Source of the DNA: Squalus acanthias
Taxonomy: Eukaryota
DNA: 64,000 nucleotides
Direction: 5' to 3'
NCBI GenBank assembly: GCA_030390025.1
Contig: CM059431.1
Span: 151,406,001 to 151,470,000 of the forward strand
The position numbers and the translations under genes were made by a program. Below, in pieces: positions 1 through 12,488 of the stretch (position 1 is its first letter; every line of letters begins with the position of its first letter). Below the pieces are notes generated by a model. It was given only the letters and a program-made list of their open reading frames with translations, made no database searches and had not been told where the DNA came from.

Positions 1-1790
1 GATGTTAGGGCTAACTGGTCTATAATTTCCAGCCTTCTGCCTACTACCCTTTTTAAATAAGGGTGTTACATTAGCAGTTTTCCAATCTGCCGGGACCTTT
101 GCTGAGTCCAGGAAATTTTGGAAAATTATTACCAAAGCATCCACAATCCCAACTGCCACTTCCCTCAAGACCCTAGGATGTAAGCCATCAGGTCCAGGGG
201 AATTATTCGCCTTGAGTATCATTATTTTACTGAGTACCAATTCCTTAGTGATTTTAATCGTATTTAGCTCCTCACCCCCTAGAGCACCCTGTTTGTCCAG
301 TGTTGGCATATTCTTAGTGTCCACTACTGTAAAGACTGAAAAAAGTATTTGTTCAGCATTTCTGCCATCTCCATGTTTCCCACCATTAATTTCCCGGTCT
401 CATCCTCTAGGGGACCTACGTTTGCCTCAGCCACCGTTTTTCTTTTTATATAACTGTATTAGCACTGTTGCCTCACAGCGCCAGGGACCCGGGTTCGAAT
501 CCGGGCCCCGGGTGACTGTCTGTGTGGAGTTTGCACATTCTCCCCGTGTCTGCGTGGGTTTCCTCCGGGTGCTCTGGTTTCCTCCCACAGTCCAAAGATG
601 TGCGGGGTTAGGTTGATTTATGGCTATGATAAATTGTTCCTTAGTGTTATGGGTTTAAATACGTGTGGTTACGGGGATAGGGTGGGATATGTGTCGGTGC
701 AGGCTCGATGGGCCGAAATGGCCTCTATCTGCACTGTGGGGATTCTGTGAATTATAGAAACACTTGCTGTCTGTTTTTATATTTTTTGCTAATTTATTTT
801 CATAATCTATTTTGCCTACCTTAATCAATCCTTTAGTTAGTTTTTGATGTATTTTGAAGACTTCCCAGTCTTCTATCCTCCCACTAAGTTTGGCTATCTT
901 ATATGTCCTTGTTTTTAGTCTTTTCTTAGCCACGGATGGCTGTCATTTCTTTTACACCGTTTTTTCCTCATTGGAATATGTTTTTTTTTAATGTTGTAAA
1001 ATGACTCCTTAAATGAGCACCACTGCTCATGTATCGCCTTACCTTTTAATCTATTTTCCCATTCCACTTTAATCAATTCCGCTCTCATACCATCATAGTC
1101 TCCTTTATTCAAGCTCAGTACGCTTGTTTGAGAACCAACCTGCTGACTCTGTAATTGGATATGGAATTCAACCATGTTATGATCAATCTTTCCAAGGGGA
1201 TCCTTAACTAGGACATTATTAATTAATCCTGACTCATTACACAGGACCAGGTCCAAGATTGCTTGCCCCCTTGTAGGATCAGTTACATACTGCTCAAGAA
1301 ACCCATCCCTAATACACTCAATGAACTCTTCCTCAAGGCTGCCCTGCCCAATTTGATTTGTCCAGTTAATATGATAGTTAAAATCCCCCATAATCATAGC
1401 TGTTCCCTTATTACATGCCCCAACTATTTCCTGATTAATAATTTTTCCAGCAGAGTTGCAACTATTAGGAGGCCTATATACTACTCCCAGCTAGTGCTTT
1501 TTTCCCCTTATTATTTAATATCTCCACCCAAAATGTTTCATTATCCTGATCCTTTGACCCAATATAATTTCTCTGTATTACAGTGATTCCTTCCTTTATT
1601 AACATAGCCACCCCACCTCCCCTTCCTTCCTGCACGTCCTTCCTGATTGTTAAATACCTTGGTATATTTAATTCCCAGTCGTTGTCACCCTGCAGCCATG
1701 TTTCTGTAATGGCCACAAGATCATACCCATACGTAGTTATTTGTGCCGTTCACTCGTCCATTTTGTTATGAATGCTACGTGCATTCAGAT
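1..1790 (-). mobile_element. CR1 LINE fragment, ORF2 N-terminal part (APE endonuclease and linker), disrupted
   Basis: Minus-strand ORF pieces AITETWLQGD..GRGGGVA (1474-1716) and IMGDFNYHINW..AILDLVL..DHNMVEF (915-1397) are CR1 APE motifs; several frameshifts. Confidence 0.9.
461..751 (+). mobile_element. HE1-like V-SINE inserted in the CR1 fragment
   Basis: tRNA-like head with B box GGTTCGAATCC, V-domain TGTGTGGAGTTTGCACATTCTCCCCGTGTCTGCGTGGGTTTCCTCCGGGTGCTCTGGTTTCCTCCCACAGTCCAAAGATG, CR1-type tail GATGGGCCGAAATGGCCT. Confidence 0.85.
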
Positions 1791-1794
1791 AACG

Positions 1795-3003
1795 GTAATG
1801 CGGTAATGCGGTTGAAGTAGTGTACATGGTTTTCAAAAGGTGTTCGACAAAGTGCCACATAATAGGTTAACCAGCAAAGTTGAAGCCCAAGAAATAAAAG
1901 GGACAGTGGCAGCATGGATACGAAATTGTCTTGGTGACAGAAAACAGAGAATAGTGTTGAATGGTTGTTTTTCGGACTGGAGTAACGTATAGAGTAGTGT
2001 TTCCCAGGGGTCGGTTTTAGGATCAATGTTTTTCTTGATATATATTAATGACTTGTAATTTGGCGTACAGGGCACAATTTCAAAATTTGCAAATGACACA
2101 AATCTTGGAAGTATAGTGAACAGTGAGGAGGAGAGTGATAGACGTCAGGAAGACATAAACATGCATGTGAAATGGGCGGACACGTGGCAGATATTATTTA
2201 ACGGAGAAAAGTCTGAAGTAATTCATTTTGGTAGAAAGTTTGAGGAGAGGACATATAAACTAAATGGTACAATCCTAAAAGTGGTATACGAACAGAAAGA
2301 TCTGGGGGTATATGTGTACAAATCGTTCAGACTGGCAGGGCAGTTTGAGAAAGCAGTTAAAAGGGCTCACGGGATCCTGGGCTTCATAAATAAAGGTATA
2401 GAGTACAAAAGTGTGGAAATTATGGTGAACCTGTATAAAACACTGGTTCGGCCCCAACTGGAGTAAGGTGTACAATTCTGGTCACCATATTTTAGGAAGG
2501 ATGTGAAGGCCTTAGAGAGGGTGCAGAAAAGATTTACGAGAATGTTTCCTGGAATGAGCGACTTCTGTTACGTTGATAGACTAGAGAAGCTGGGGTTGTT
2601 CTCCTTGGAGCAGAGAAGATTGAGAAGAGATGTGTTTGATAGAAATGTTCAAAATCATGGGGGGTCTGGAGAGAGTAGATAGAGAAACAGTGTTCCCTTT
2701 GGCAGACGGGTCGAGAACCAGACGACACAGAATTAAGGTGATTGGCAAAAGAACCAAAGGCGACAGAAGAAAAAACTTTTCTACACAGCGATGGATTAAG
2801 AGCTGGAATGCACTGCCTGAATGAGTGATGGAGGGAGAGTCAATCCTATTTTTCAAACGAGAGTTGGATATGTATCTGAAGGAAAAAAAAATCAGGGCTA
2901 CGGGAAAAGGTGTGGGAGTGGGACTAGCTGAGACTTGGCATGGCTTCGACGGGCCGAATGGCCTTTTTCCCGTGCTTGTATCCATTCTATGATTCCATTC
3001 TAT
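1795..3003 (+). mobile_element. CR1 LINE 3' part (RT, C-terminus, 3' UTR), degenerate; paralogous to ~28810-30120 and ~55840-58290
   Basis: Peptides LYKTLVRPQLE and WNALPE; 3' UTR GGGCCGAATGGCCT with ATTCTATG-type tail. Confidence 0.9.
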
Positions 3004-3348
3004 GAGTCTAACTAGCCCTGCGATCTTCAAAAATGTGTGTACATAACAAGCGGCGCTGAGATTAAGGAGAAGCGAGTCAGATAGGGGACAAGGAATGAGA
3101 TCGAGGAGTAGGGATCAGATTGAAGAGAAGAGTTCAGATTCAGGAGAAAGTGTCATTTCAGTTCGGAGGAGGCTCGGGGCAGGTTGATGGCTGTTAGTGT
3201 GTTTGAGATAGAATGTGCTGAGAAGAGGTGTTGAGCTGAAGAATGGGGTAACGGTGCGTGTACTCAGAGGGCAGCTCCGGACAGGAAGTGTAGGGAAATA
3301 AATTCCCTACCGCAGCCACTCAGTGCCGCTGTTTCATTGGCACTTTAA

Positions 3349-3421
3349 ACCCGAATAGCTCAGTCGGTAGAGCATCAGACTTTTAATCTAAGGATCTAGG
3401 GATCTAGTCCTTGTTCGAGCG
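3349..3421 (+). pseudogene. tRNA-Lys(UUU) pseudogene
   Basis: ACCCGAATAGCTCAGTCGGTAGAGCATCAGACTTTTAATCTAAGG matches vertebrate tRNA-Lys TTT; T arm/B box degraded (GGGATCTAGTCC). Confidence 0.85.
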
Positions 3422-3659
3422 CAGCATAATCAATAGAACTAACAATTTGAAGCACCGACATTGATTATAACCTATCATAAAAATCTTTTTAAAATTGAAA
3501 AATATTCATGTATTTTATTGAGACATAAGGAAAGATCAGCGTGAATTGCTCGTGTTTTATGATTCTCTGGGAAAGTAAGATTTGAAATAAAGAAAGATAA
3601 GATCATGGCTGATCTCTATCCGAACTCCAACCTCCGCCTTGGCTCCATATCCTTTATAT

Positions 3660-4300
3660 GCCCGTGTAAAACCTTACCGATCCTCTCTGGCGAAAGGTGT
3701 GGTGCCAGAGGACTACAGGGCCACTAACGTGGGACCGTTGTTTAAAAAGGGAGAAAGGGATAGACCGAGTAATTACAGTTCAGTAAGAGTAACCTCGGTG
3801 GTGGGACAATTACTGAAAAAATTCTGAGGGACAGGATAAAACTTCATTTGGAAAGACACGGATTAATGAGGGACAGTCAGTGTGGATTTGTTAAGGGAAG
3901 GTCGTGTCTGACTAACTTTATTGAGGCATAGAATAAAGGAGCAGGGAGGTTATGCTTGAACCTGTATAAAACACTAGTTAGACCGCAATTAGAATTCTAC
4001 GTGCAATTCTGTCCGCCACATTACAGGAAGGATGTGATTGCACTCGAGTGGGTGCAGAGGAGGGTTACGTGGATGATGCCTGGGCTGGGGAATTTCCGCA
4101 ATGAGGAAAGATTGGATAGGCTGATGTTGTTTTATTTGTAATAGAGGAAGCTGAGGGGCGACCTAATTAGGGTGTTTAAAATTACGAGGGGCATAGATAG
4201 AGTGAAATAAGAACGAGCTAATTCCCTCAGCAGAAAGATCAATAACCTGGTGGTATAAATTTAAAGTAATTGGTAGATTGTTTAGAGGGGATTTGAGGTT
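3660..4300 (+). mobile_element. CR1 LINE fragments with internal deletion (paralog ~58910-59545)
   Basis: Peptides PLFKKGERDRPSNY and LYKTLVRPQLEF..VQRR. Confidence 0.8.
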
Positions 4301-4463
4301 CGCCCGCTCTAATTAACCTTGGACACCATCAAGGGACATCTTGTACTTGTTGACAATCTGCTCCCCAGACAGTGAGTGTTCGCTTTTAATCAACGTGTTT
4401 CAATATGTGCAACCAAGCTTAGTAATTACCGAAAGGCATGACGTCGCAGGATATTCAGATTGC

Positions 4464-4471
4464 TATAAATA
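4464..4471 (+). promoter_or_regulatory. Candidate TATA box of GPCR copy 1
   Basis: TATAAATA ~85 bp upstream of the exon-1 ATG; the paralog at ~59710 reads TTTAAATA. Confidence 0.4.
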
Positions 4472-4549
4472 TAGACACCCAGACTGCACACTATTATTGT
4501 GTCAGTCAGACATTGTAGCTTCAACAGAGGCTATTAACTCCTGCAAAGG

Positions 4550-4619
4550 ATGGACTTCATGTTGCTGTTCAAAATTCAGCTATATTTCTATTACATCCTT
4601 GCAGTAATCGGTATTCCAG
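4550..4619 (+). pseudogene. GPCR copy 1, coding exon 1 (orphaned)
   Basis: MDFMLLFKIQLYFYYILAVIGIP plus G, then donor GTAAAT; near-identical to exon 1 at 59796; its exon 2 is deleted except 7743-7818. Confidence 0.8.
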
Positions 4620-5127
4620 GTAAATAATATCAGAAATTTGAAAAGAAGAAATTCTCTGAAAATGCTCTATATTGATCAGCCTGTTCCTCTCGTGTCTACC
4701 TCCTCTATATGGTTAATTGTATGTTAGGAATATTTACACCCTCAGGATGAAGCTCTTGTTAGGATTGCATACTAGATAACCATAGAGTATTACAGCAACG
4801 GGGATTCGAAAGAGTGGATAGGAAGAAACTGTTTCCACTGGCACGAGGATCGGTGACCAGGGGCACAGATTTAATGTCATTGGTAAAATAACCAGAAAGG
4901 AGGTTAATTTTTATTTGACGCAACTTTTTGTTGTGATCTGGAATGCACTGCCTGAAAGGGTGATGGAAGCAGATTCAATAGTAACTTTCAAAAGGGAATT
5001 GAATAAATACTTGAAATGAATTGAAAATGTCGGGCTATGGGGAACGAGAAGTGTGAGTGTCATATAATTGGATAGCTCTTTCAAACATCCGGCACAGGCA
5101 AGATGAATCGAATGGACCATTCATTTT

Positions 5128-7008
5128 GTTTATTCATTCTGGGATGTGGGCGCCGCTGGCAAGACGAGCATTTAATGCCCATTCCTAATTGCCCATGAGA
5201 AGGTGGTGGTGAGCAGCCTCCTTGAACAGCTGCAGTCCTTGTGGTGAAGGTACTCCCACAGTGCTGTCACGGAGAGAGTTCCAGGATTATGACCAGCGAC
5301 GATGAAGGAACGGCGATATACTTCCAAGACAGGATGGTGTGTAACTCGGAGGGGTATTTGAAGGTGGTGGTGTTCGCATGAGCCTGTGAACCTTCTCCTT
5401 CTAGGTGGAAGGTGTCGCAGGTTTGGGAGGTGCTGCCGAAGAAGCCTTGGCAAGTTGCTGCAGTGCATCTTGTGGATGATACACACTGCAACCACGTAAC
5501 GTAGGTGGTGGAGGGAGTGAATGCTTATGATTGTGGATGGGATGGAAATCAGGTGGGCTGTTTTGTGCTAGATGGTGTCGAACTTCTTGAGTGCTCTTGG
5601 AGCTGCACTCATCCAGGCAAGTTGAGAATATTCCAACACCCTCCTGACTTGTGCCTTGTAGATGGTGGAAACGCACTGGGAAGTCAGGAGGTGAGACTCT
5701 CGCCGCAGAATACCCAGCCTCTGATCCCATCTTGCTGCCATAATATTGATGTCGTTGGTTCAATTAAGTTTTTGGTCAATGGTGACCCCAGGATGTTGAT
5801 AGTGAGGGATTTGGTGACGGTAATGCCGTTGAATGTCAAGGGGCGGTGCTTAGTCTCTCTCTTGTTGCAGGTAGTCATTGCCTGGCACTTGCATGGCGCG
5901 AATGTCACTTGCCACTTAGCAGATCAAGTCTGAATGTCTTCCAATGGTAACCCCCAGAATGTTAATGGTGAGAGATTCGGCGATGGTAATGCCGTTAAAT
6001 ATCATGTGGAGGTGGTCCTGTTCTGTCTTGTATGGTCCTCTGATTCACAGGAGGATGATATTTCTTCCCACTGTTTCTTTTATTATTTAGTTTATGGCAC
6101 GTAGGCGCCCCTGGCAAGGCCAGCATTTATTGCCCATCCCTAATTGCCCTTGAAATGGTGGTGGTGGGCCGCATTCTTGAACCGCTGCAGTCCGTGTGGT
6201 GATGGTACTCCCACAGTGCTGTTCGGTGTGGTGTTCCAGGATTTTGTCCAGCGACGATGAAGGATCAGCGATATAATTCTAAGTCAGGATTGTGTTTGAC
6301 TTGGGGGGGGGGGGGGATCTTGGAGGTGGTGGTGTTCCCATGCGCCTGCTGTCCTTGCCCTTCTAGTTGGAAGAGTTCGCGGGTTTGTGAGGTGTTGCCG
6401 AAGAGGCAGTGGCGAGTTGCTGCAGTGCATCTTGTAGATGGTACACACTGCAGCCAAGGAACGCCGGTGGTGGAGAGTGTGAATGTTTAAGGTGGTAGAT
6501 CGGTTGCAAATCAAGCGGGCTGTTTTGTCCTGGATGGTGTTGAGCTTCTTGAGTGTTGTTGGAGCTTCACTCTTCCAGGCAAGTAGAGAGTATTCCATCA
6601 CACTCCTAACTTGTGCCTTGTCGATGTTAGAAAGGCTTTGGGGAGTCAGGTGAGACACTCGACGCAGAATACCTAGCCTCTGGCCTGCTCTTGTTGCCAA
6701 ACTATTTAAGTGGCTTTTGCCAGTTAAGTTTCAGTTCAATGGTGACCCCACAGAATGTTGATGGTGGGGGATTCGGCGATGGTAATGCCATTGAATGTCA
6801 TGGGGCGGTGGTTAGACTCACGCTGGCTGGAGATCGTCATTGCCTGGCAATTCTCTGGCGCGAATGTTACCAGCCATTAATCAGCCCAAGCCTGAACGTC
6901 GTCCAGTTCTTGTTGCATGCGGGCTTGGACTGCTTCCTTATCTGAGGGGTTGTGAATGGCACTGAACACTGCAGTCATCAGCGAACATCCCCATTTCTGA
7001 ACTTATGT
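5128..7008 (-). mobile_element. Second CR1-clade LINE family, 3' fragments (two nested or adjacent copies); related copies at ~40075-40950 and ~60035-60930
   Basis: Peptide QRLGILRRVSHLTPQSLSNIDKAQVRSVMEYS..LHHRRSLAAVCTIYKMHC, a CR1-like C-terminus; FADD in the 40693-40944 paralog. Confidence 0.75.
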
Positions 7009-7742
7009 TAGCAAAATACTGCGGATGCTGGAAATCCGAAATAACAACAGAAAACGCTGGAAAAACTCAGCAGGCCAGGCAACATCCGTTGATAGAGAAA
7101 GAGAGTTAACGTTTCAGGTCGAAACCCTTCGTCGGAACTGAGAGAGCAAGACATAAACAGATAAAAATGCAAGGGGGAGGCTGGGGGGAGGAATAAAAGA
7201 ACAAAAGGGATGGACTTTAGTGAGTAGAGACATTGAGAGATGCTCAAGGCAAGACGAGATGGTAATGAGACAGGTAGAGAAACAAAAGGTAAGGTGTGAA
7301 ATGCTGGCAGAATCAAAGACAGCTGCCGTGGGGGGAGAGAGAGAAAAAAAGGAAAAAGGCACGGACCAAAAGAGTGGATAAAATGTATACATATATGGTA
7401 GGGGCCGGGGTTATGATCTGAAATTGTTGAACTCGATATTGAGTCCGGAAGGCTGTAAAGTGCCTAAACGGAAGATGAGGTGCTGTTCCTAGAGCTGACG
7501 ATGCACTTCCGTGGAACAATGCAAGAGGCCGAGGACGGTGAGGTCTGAGTGAGCGTAGAGGGGTGAATTAAAATGACAAGCGACCGGAAGCTCGGGGTCA
7601 ACCTTCCGGACTGAATGGAGGTGTTCCGCAAAGCGGTCACCCAATCTGCGCTTGGTCTCCCCAATGTAGAGGAGACCACATCGTGAGCAGCGAATACAGT
7701 ATACTAAATTGCAAGAAGTACAAGTAAATCGCTGTTTCACCT
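7009..7742 (-). mobile_element. Penelope-like element family B, 3' fragment (GIY-YIG end, 3' UTR, hammerhead remnant)
   Basis: FTCTSCNLVYCIRCSRCGLLYIGETKRRLGDRFAEHL = PLE GIY-YIG; hammerhead-like motif at 7104-7139. Confidence 0.85.
7104..7139 (-). ncRNA. Minimal type I hammerhead ribozyme remnant (core CUGA mutated to CCGA)
   Basis: AGUU-CCGACGA-A-GGGU(UUCG)ACCU-GAAACGUU-AACU on the minus strand. Confidence 0.6.
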
Positions 7743-7818
7743 GTTCAGGAAAGAGCTGCTGAATGGGCTGATATTTCCTTTTGCTGTGATTGCTAAGTTA
7801 GTTAAATTAGTTCAGTGA
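7743..7818 (+). pseudogene. GPCR copy 1, remnant of exon 2 (last ~24 codons)
   Basis: FRKELLNGLIFPFAVIAKLVKLVQ* identical to the C-terminus at 63674-63749; downstream flank also paralogous. Confidence 0.9.
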
Positions 7819-8900
7819 TGTGAACATCAGAATAACTCTGAGGTTTTCCCACCTGTAAACCATTGATCTGAACATTGGCTTCAGCAACGGGTGCTTGTAG
7901 CTGCTTCCTCCCAAACTGCAGCCGTTAGCATCCTGTGCACTCAGCTACTTCCCCTCTTAGACTCAGAGCACATTACAGCCCAGCCAGAGGCCGTTCAGCT
8001 CATTCATTCTGTTCCTTGCTCTACCTAGTTATTTCCACACTCCCTAGCTCTTTCCCCAAAGCCCAGCAAATTGTTTCCGTCAAGTATTTAACCAATACCA
8101 TTTTGAAATCCTTATTTAATCTGCATCCATCTCCCTTCCAGGCAATGCGTTCCAGATCACTTCAACTCGCTGCGTAAAAAAAAAACTCTTCTCATCGTCC
8201 CACTGCTTCCTTTGCCAATTATCTTAAATCTGTGTCCCTTGGTTATTGGCCCAACTGCCAATGGAAAGAGTTTCTCCTCGCCTACTGGAAAAAATCACTT
8301 CATAATTCACAACATCCATATAAAATCTCCAGTTATCCATGTCTGCTCTAAGGCGGACAATCCTAGATTCTCTAGTCTCTCCACATTAATGAAGTACCTC
8401 ACCCCTGGCCTCATTCTGGTGAGTCTACTCTTCGGTGATTCGAATGTCCATCGCAGGCCTTCTACTCCTCTCACTGCTGCAATCACTGCCCCCAGTCCGC
8501 ATGCTTCAATTATTTATCCAATACCCTTTTGAATTTTACGATTGAATCTGCCTTCACCACCCTTTCAAGCAGTTCTTTCCACTTCATAACAACTCACTGC
8601 CCAAAAAATATCTCCTCATGTTGCCTCTGGTTCTTTTGCCAATCACCATCACCCTGTGTCCTCTGGTTACCAACATTTCTGCTACTGGAAACCTGTTCTC
8701 ATTATTTATACTAGCAAAGCCGTCGGTGATTATGACTCGGGGCAGGTTGATGGCTGTCAGTGTGTTTGAGATAGAATGTGCTGAGAAGAAGTGTCGAGCT
8801 GACGTTGCATGTATTTACAGGGCAGCTGTGGGCAAGAAATGAAGCGAATCGCAGTTCTCAACCACTGTCACTCAGTCTCGCTGTTTCGGCGATGCTAAAA

Positions 8901-8971
8901 GCATGGATATTAGTCGGTAGAGCATCAGACTTTTAACCTGAGAATACAGTATTCAAGTCCCTTTTTGGGCG
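8901..8971 (+). pseudogene. tRNA-Lys(UUU) pseudogene
   Basis: TAGTCGGTAGAGCATCAGACTTTTAACCTGAG..TTCAAGTCCC; small deletion in the D stem. Confidence 0.8.
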
Positions 8972-9164
8972 ATGCTTTTATAAATGAAATCACCATTTAA
9001 TATACAATTGAAAGCAACGACCTAAGATTATAAACGGTCATAATATTGTTTTAAGTTGCAAAAAATGAAAAATATTAATGTATTGTATTGAGGCTGCAGG
9101 AAAGAGCAACGAAAATTGCTCGTGTTTTACAGTCCTATAAGGAAGTAAGAATTGAAAATCCTAA

Positions 9165-9237
9165 ACTAAATTAACGCACTTGAACGCTGCACCCTCACAT
9201 TTAAAATCTGATGATTTCCCGACTGAGATAGCCAGGC
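9165..9237 (-). pseudogene. tRNA-Lys-derived pseudogene, highly degenerate
   Basis: Reverse complement GCCTGGCTATCTCAGTCGGGAAATCATCAGATTTTAAATGTGAGGGTGCAGCGTTCAAGT aligns to tRNA-Lys TTT. Confidence 0.7.
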
Positions 9238-9687
9238 TCACGCTTTCAATTTCACACAGCGACCTCCAATGGCTAACATGGAACATTACATCTTTCATAT
9301 TACGCATTTCACGCTCTATTAATCCCGCGTATACAAGCATTTCTCTCTTGTCCCCTCTAGTTCACTTGCCAATCACTATCAATCTGTGTCCTCTGGTTAC
9401 CGACGCTTCAGCCACAGGAAACAGTTTCGCCATTTCTACTCTATCAAAACCATTGGTGATTTTGAACACCTTAATCAAATCTCCTCTTTACCTTCTCTGC
9501 TCTAAGGAGAACAAACCCAGCTTCTAACAACACAGGTGTTAAATCTCCAGTTCGCTATCTCTGCTCAAAGAAGGCAGTCGTAGATTCTGTAGTCTCGCCA
9601 CTTAACTGAAGTCCCTCATCCCTGGTCTCATTATAGTATTGAGAGGTCGCACAACACCAGGTTACAGTCCAACAGTTTTATTTGAAA

Positions 9688-9730
9688 TCACAAGCTTTCG
9701 GAGCTATCGATTTGCTCCTTCCTCAGGTGA
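9688..9730 (-). ncRNA. Minimal type I hammerhead ribozyme, left arm
   Basis: Reverse complement of 14152-14194. Confidence 0.8.
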
Positions 9731-10062
9731 AGTAAATTAGATACAGAATCTCCAAAGCATATATAGGTGGAAAACAAAGCATGTGTACTTTACAATTGCA
9801 GACCAATAAATTAAATCATCCTGACTATCTGCCGAGGTGTGATAAAGTTAATTAAGTCAGCCAGGAAGGTACCACATCAAAGACATAGCAAGATACAACT
9901 GAGACAATGAGGTGTAGTCGCAGGGGTTCCAACGTGTCAAAAGCTGCCGTCTGTATGTAAAACGAAAAGCTTTAACATTTTTTTACTTTTTTACTGGGAA
10001 AATTTTTACTTTTTTACTGGGAATCACATCTGTGAACAAGCTAACGACGACTCGAGTCCGGA

Positions 10063-12488
10063 TCACGTCATGTATCGTGACATAAACCCAAGATCCCGAT
10101 TGAGACCGTCTTCATGAGTGCGGAACTTGGCTATCAGTTTCTGCTCGATGATTTTGCGTTGTCGTGTGTTTCTAAGATTGCCTTGGAGAACGCTTACCCG
10201 CAGATCCGAGGCTGAATGTCCTTGACTGCTGAAGTGTTCCCCGACTGGGAGGTAACAATCCTGCCTGGCGATTGTTGCGCGGTGCTCGTTCATACGTTGT
10301 CTCAGTGTCTGCATGGTCTCGCCGATGTACCATGCCGCGGTGCATTCTTTCCTGCAACGTATGAGGTAGACAACTTTGGCCGAGTCACATGAGTATGTAC
10401 CATGTACCTGGTGGGTAGTGTCCTCACGTGTGATGGTGGTATCTGTGTTGATGATCTGGCATGTCTTGCAGAGTTTGCCATGGCAGGGTTGTGTGGTGTC
10501 GTGGTCGCTGTTATCCTGAAAGCTGGGTAATTTGCTGCGAACGATGGTACTTCTGAGGTTAGGCGGCTGTTTGAAGGCAAGTAGTGGAGGCGTGGGGATG
10601 GCCTTAGCGAAGTGTTTGTCGTCATCGATGACATGTTCAAGGCTGCGAAGAACATGGCGTAGTTTCTCCGCTCCGGGGAAGTACTGGACGACGTAGGGTA
10701 CCCTGTTGGTTGTGTCCCGTGTTTGCCTTCTGAGGAGGTCTATGCGATTTTTCGCTGTGGCCCGTCGGAACTGTCGATCGATGAGTCGAGCGTCATATCC
10801 CGTTCTTACGAGGGCGTTTTTCAGCGTCCGTAGGTGTCCATCGCGTTCCTCCTCGTCTGAGCAGATCCTGTGTATTCGCAGGGCTTGTCCATAGGGGATG
10901 GCTTCTTTAACATGGTTAGGGTGGAAGCTGGAGAAGTGGAGCATCGTGAGGTTGTCCGTGGGCTTGCGGTAGAGTGAAGTGCTGAGGTGTCCGTCTTTGA
11001 TGGAGATTCGTGTGTCCAGGAATGAGACTGATTCTGAGGAGTAGTCCATGGTGAGTTTGATGGTGGGATGGAACATGTTTATGTTATCGTGTAGTCTTTT
11101 CAGTGATCCTTCGCCATGGGTCCAAAGGAAGAAAATGTCGTCGATGTATCTGGTATACAGCGTTGGCTGGAGGTCCTGTGCAGCGAAGAAGTCTTGCTCG
11201 AACTTGTGCATGAAGATGTTGGCGTATTGGGGTGCGAATTTGGTCCCCATGGCTGTTCCGTGTGTTTGGGTAAAAAAATGGTTTTCGAAGGTGAAGACAT
11301 TGTGGTCAAGGATGAAGCGGATGAGTTGTAGGATGGCGTCTGGAGATTGGCTGTTGTTGATGTTGAGTACTGAGGCTGTTGCAGCGATGCCGTCATCGTG
11401 GGGGATACTGGTGTAGAGTGCCGATACGTCCATCGTGGCAAGGAGTGTTCCTGGTTCAACTGGTCCGTGGGTGCTGAGTTTCTGTAAGAAGTCTGTAGTG
11501 TCGCGACAGAAGCTGGGGGTTCCCTGTACGATGGGTTTCAGAATGCCCTCGACGTATCCAGAGAGGTTCTCACACAGGGTTCCATTGCCTGATACGATAG
11601 GACGTCCGGGTGTGTTGGCTTTGTGTATCTTTGGGAGGCAGTAGAAGTCTCCCACGCGGGGATTACGTGGGATGAGAGCGCGTAGGATGTTTTGAAGGTC
11701 TGGATCGAAGGTCTTGATCAGTCTATTGAGTTGGCGGGTGTGTTCTTTGGTCGGATCTGCGGGTAGCTGTCTGTAGTGTTCCTGGTTGTCCAGTTGTCGG
11801 TATGCTTCTTTACAATAGTCCGTTCTGTTCTGTATGACGATGGCTCCTCCTTTGTCCGTTGGTTTGATGACAATGTTGCGGTTGGTCTTGAGAGCGTGGA
11901 TGGCGTTGCGTTGTGCTCGGGTGACATTCTGGACTGTCTTGTGAGTGCGGCTGATGAATCTGGCGTTGATGCATCTCCTGACAGCTTGAGCCTACATGTC
12001 AAGCTTGGGGCAGCGACCCTCCGGAGGGGTCCAGTTTGACTCTTTTTTCTTCGGTTGCTGCACTGCGAGTCCCTCTGTCTGCTGTTCTGGATCATTGATT
12101 GTCTCATTGGGTTTGTTGCTGACATCTTGGGATTTGTGGAAGTATTCCCGGAGCCTCATTCTCCTGATGAATTCCTCCGTGTCTGCCGCGAGGCCGATGG
12201 GGTCCATTTTGGTGGTTGGGCAGAACTTGAGCCCTAGGGCGAGAACTTCGATTTCGTCTGGTTGAAGCGTATGGTCGGACAAGTTGACGATGGACTTCCC
12301 TGTGGTTGCAGCCGTGGTACCGGGGGAGGCTTGGTTGCTGCTGGTGGTGATGCCGAGTTTCTCAAGCTTGCTGTTCTTGATGCGCATGTAGGCAGCGTAG
12401 TTCCGTTGCCTCGTCTGTTTGGTGGTGTCTCGTAACTGGTCTGCTGTGTCCTGAGCACAGGCTGAGAGCATGGACTCTATCTTGGTTG
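10063..12488 (-). pseudogene. Penelope RT + GIY-YIG ORF, 5'-truncated, one in-frame stop at 11992-11994
   Basis: ORFs 11992-12834 and 10063-11655 share a frame; motifs KPTDKGG, FYCLPKIHK, DVSALYTSIP, GTAMG, YIDD, Cys linker CHGKLCKTC (Neptune-type), VVY..YIGET. Confidence 0.9.

Noticed and set aside
4341..4607. Conserved 86-88 aa Cys-rich ORF (also 59593-59853)
   Set aside because: Non-ATG start, overlaps GPCR exon 1 in another frame; similarity is explained by the segmental duplication
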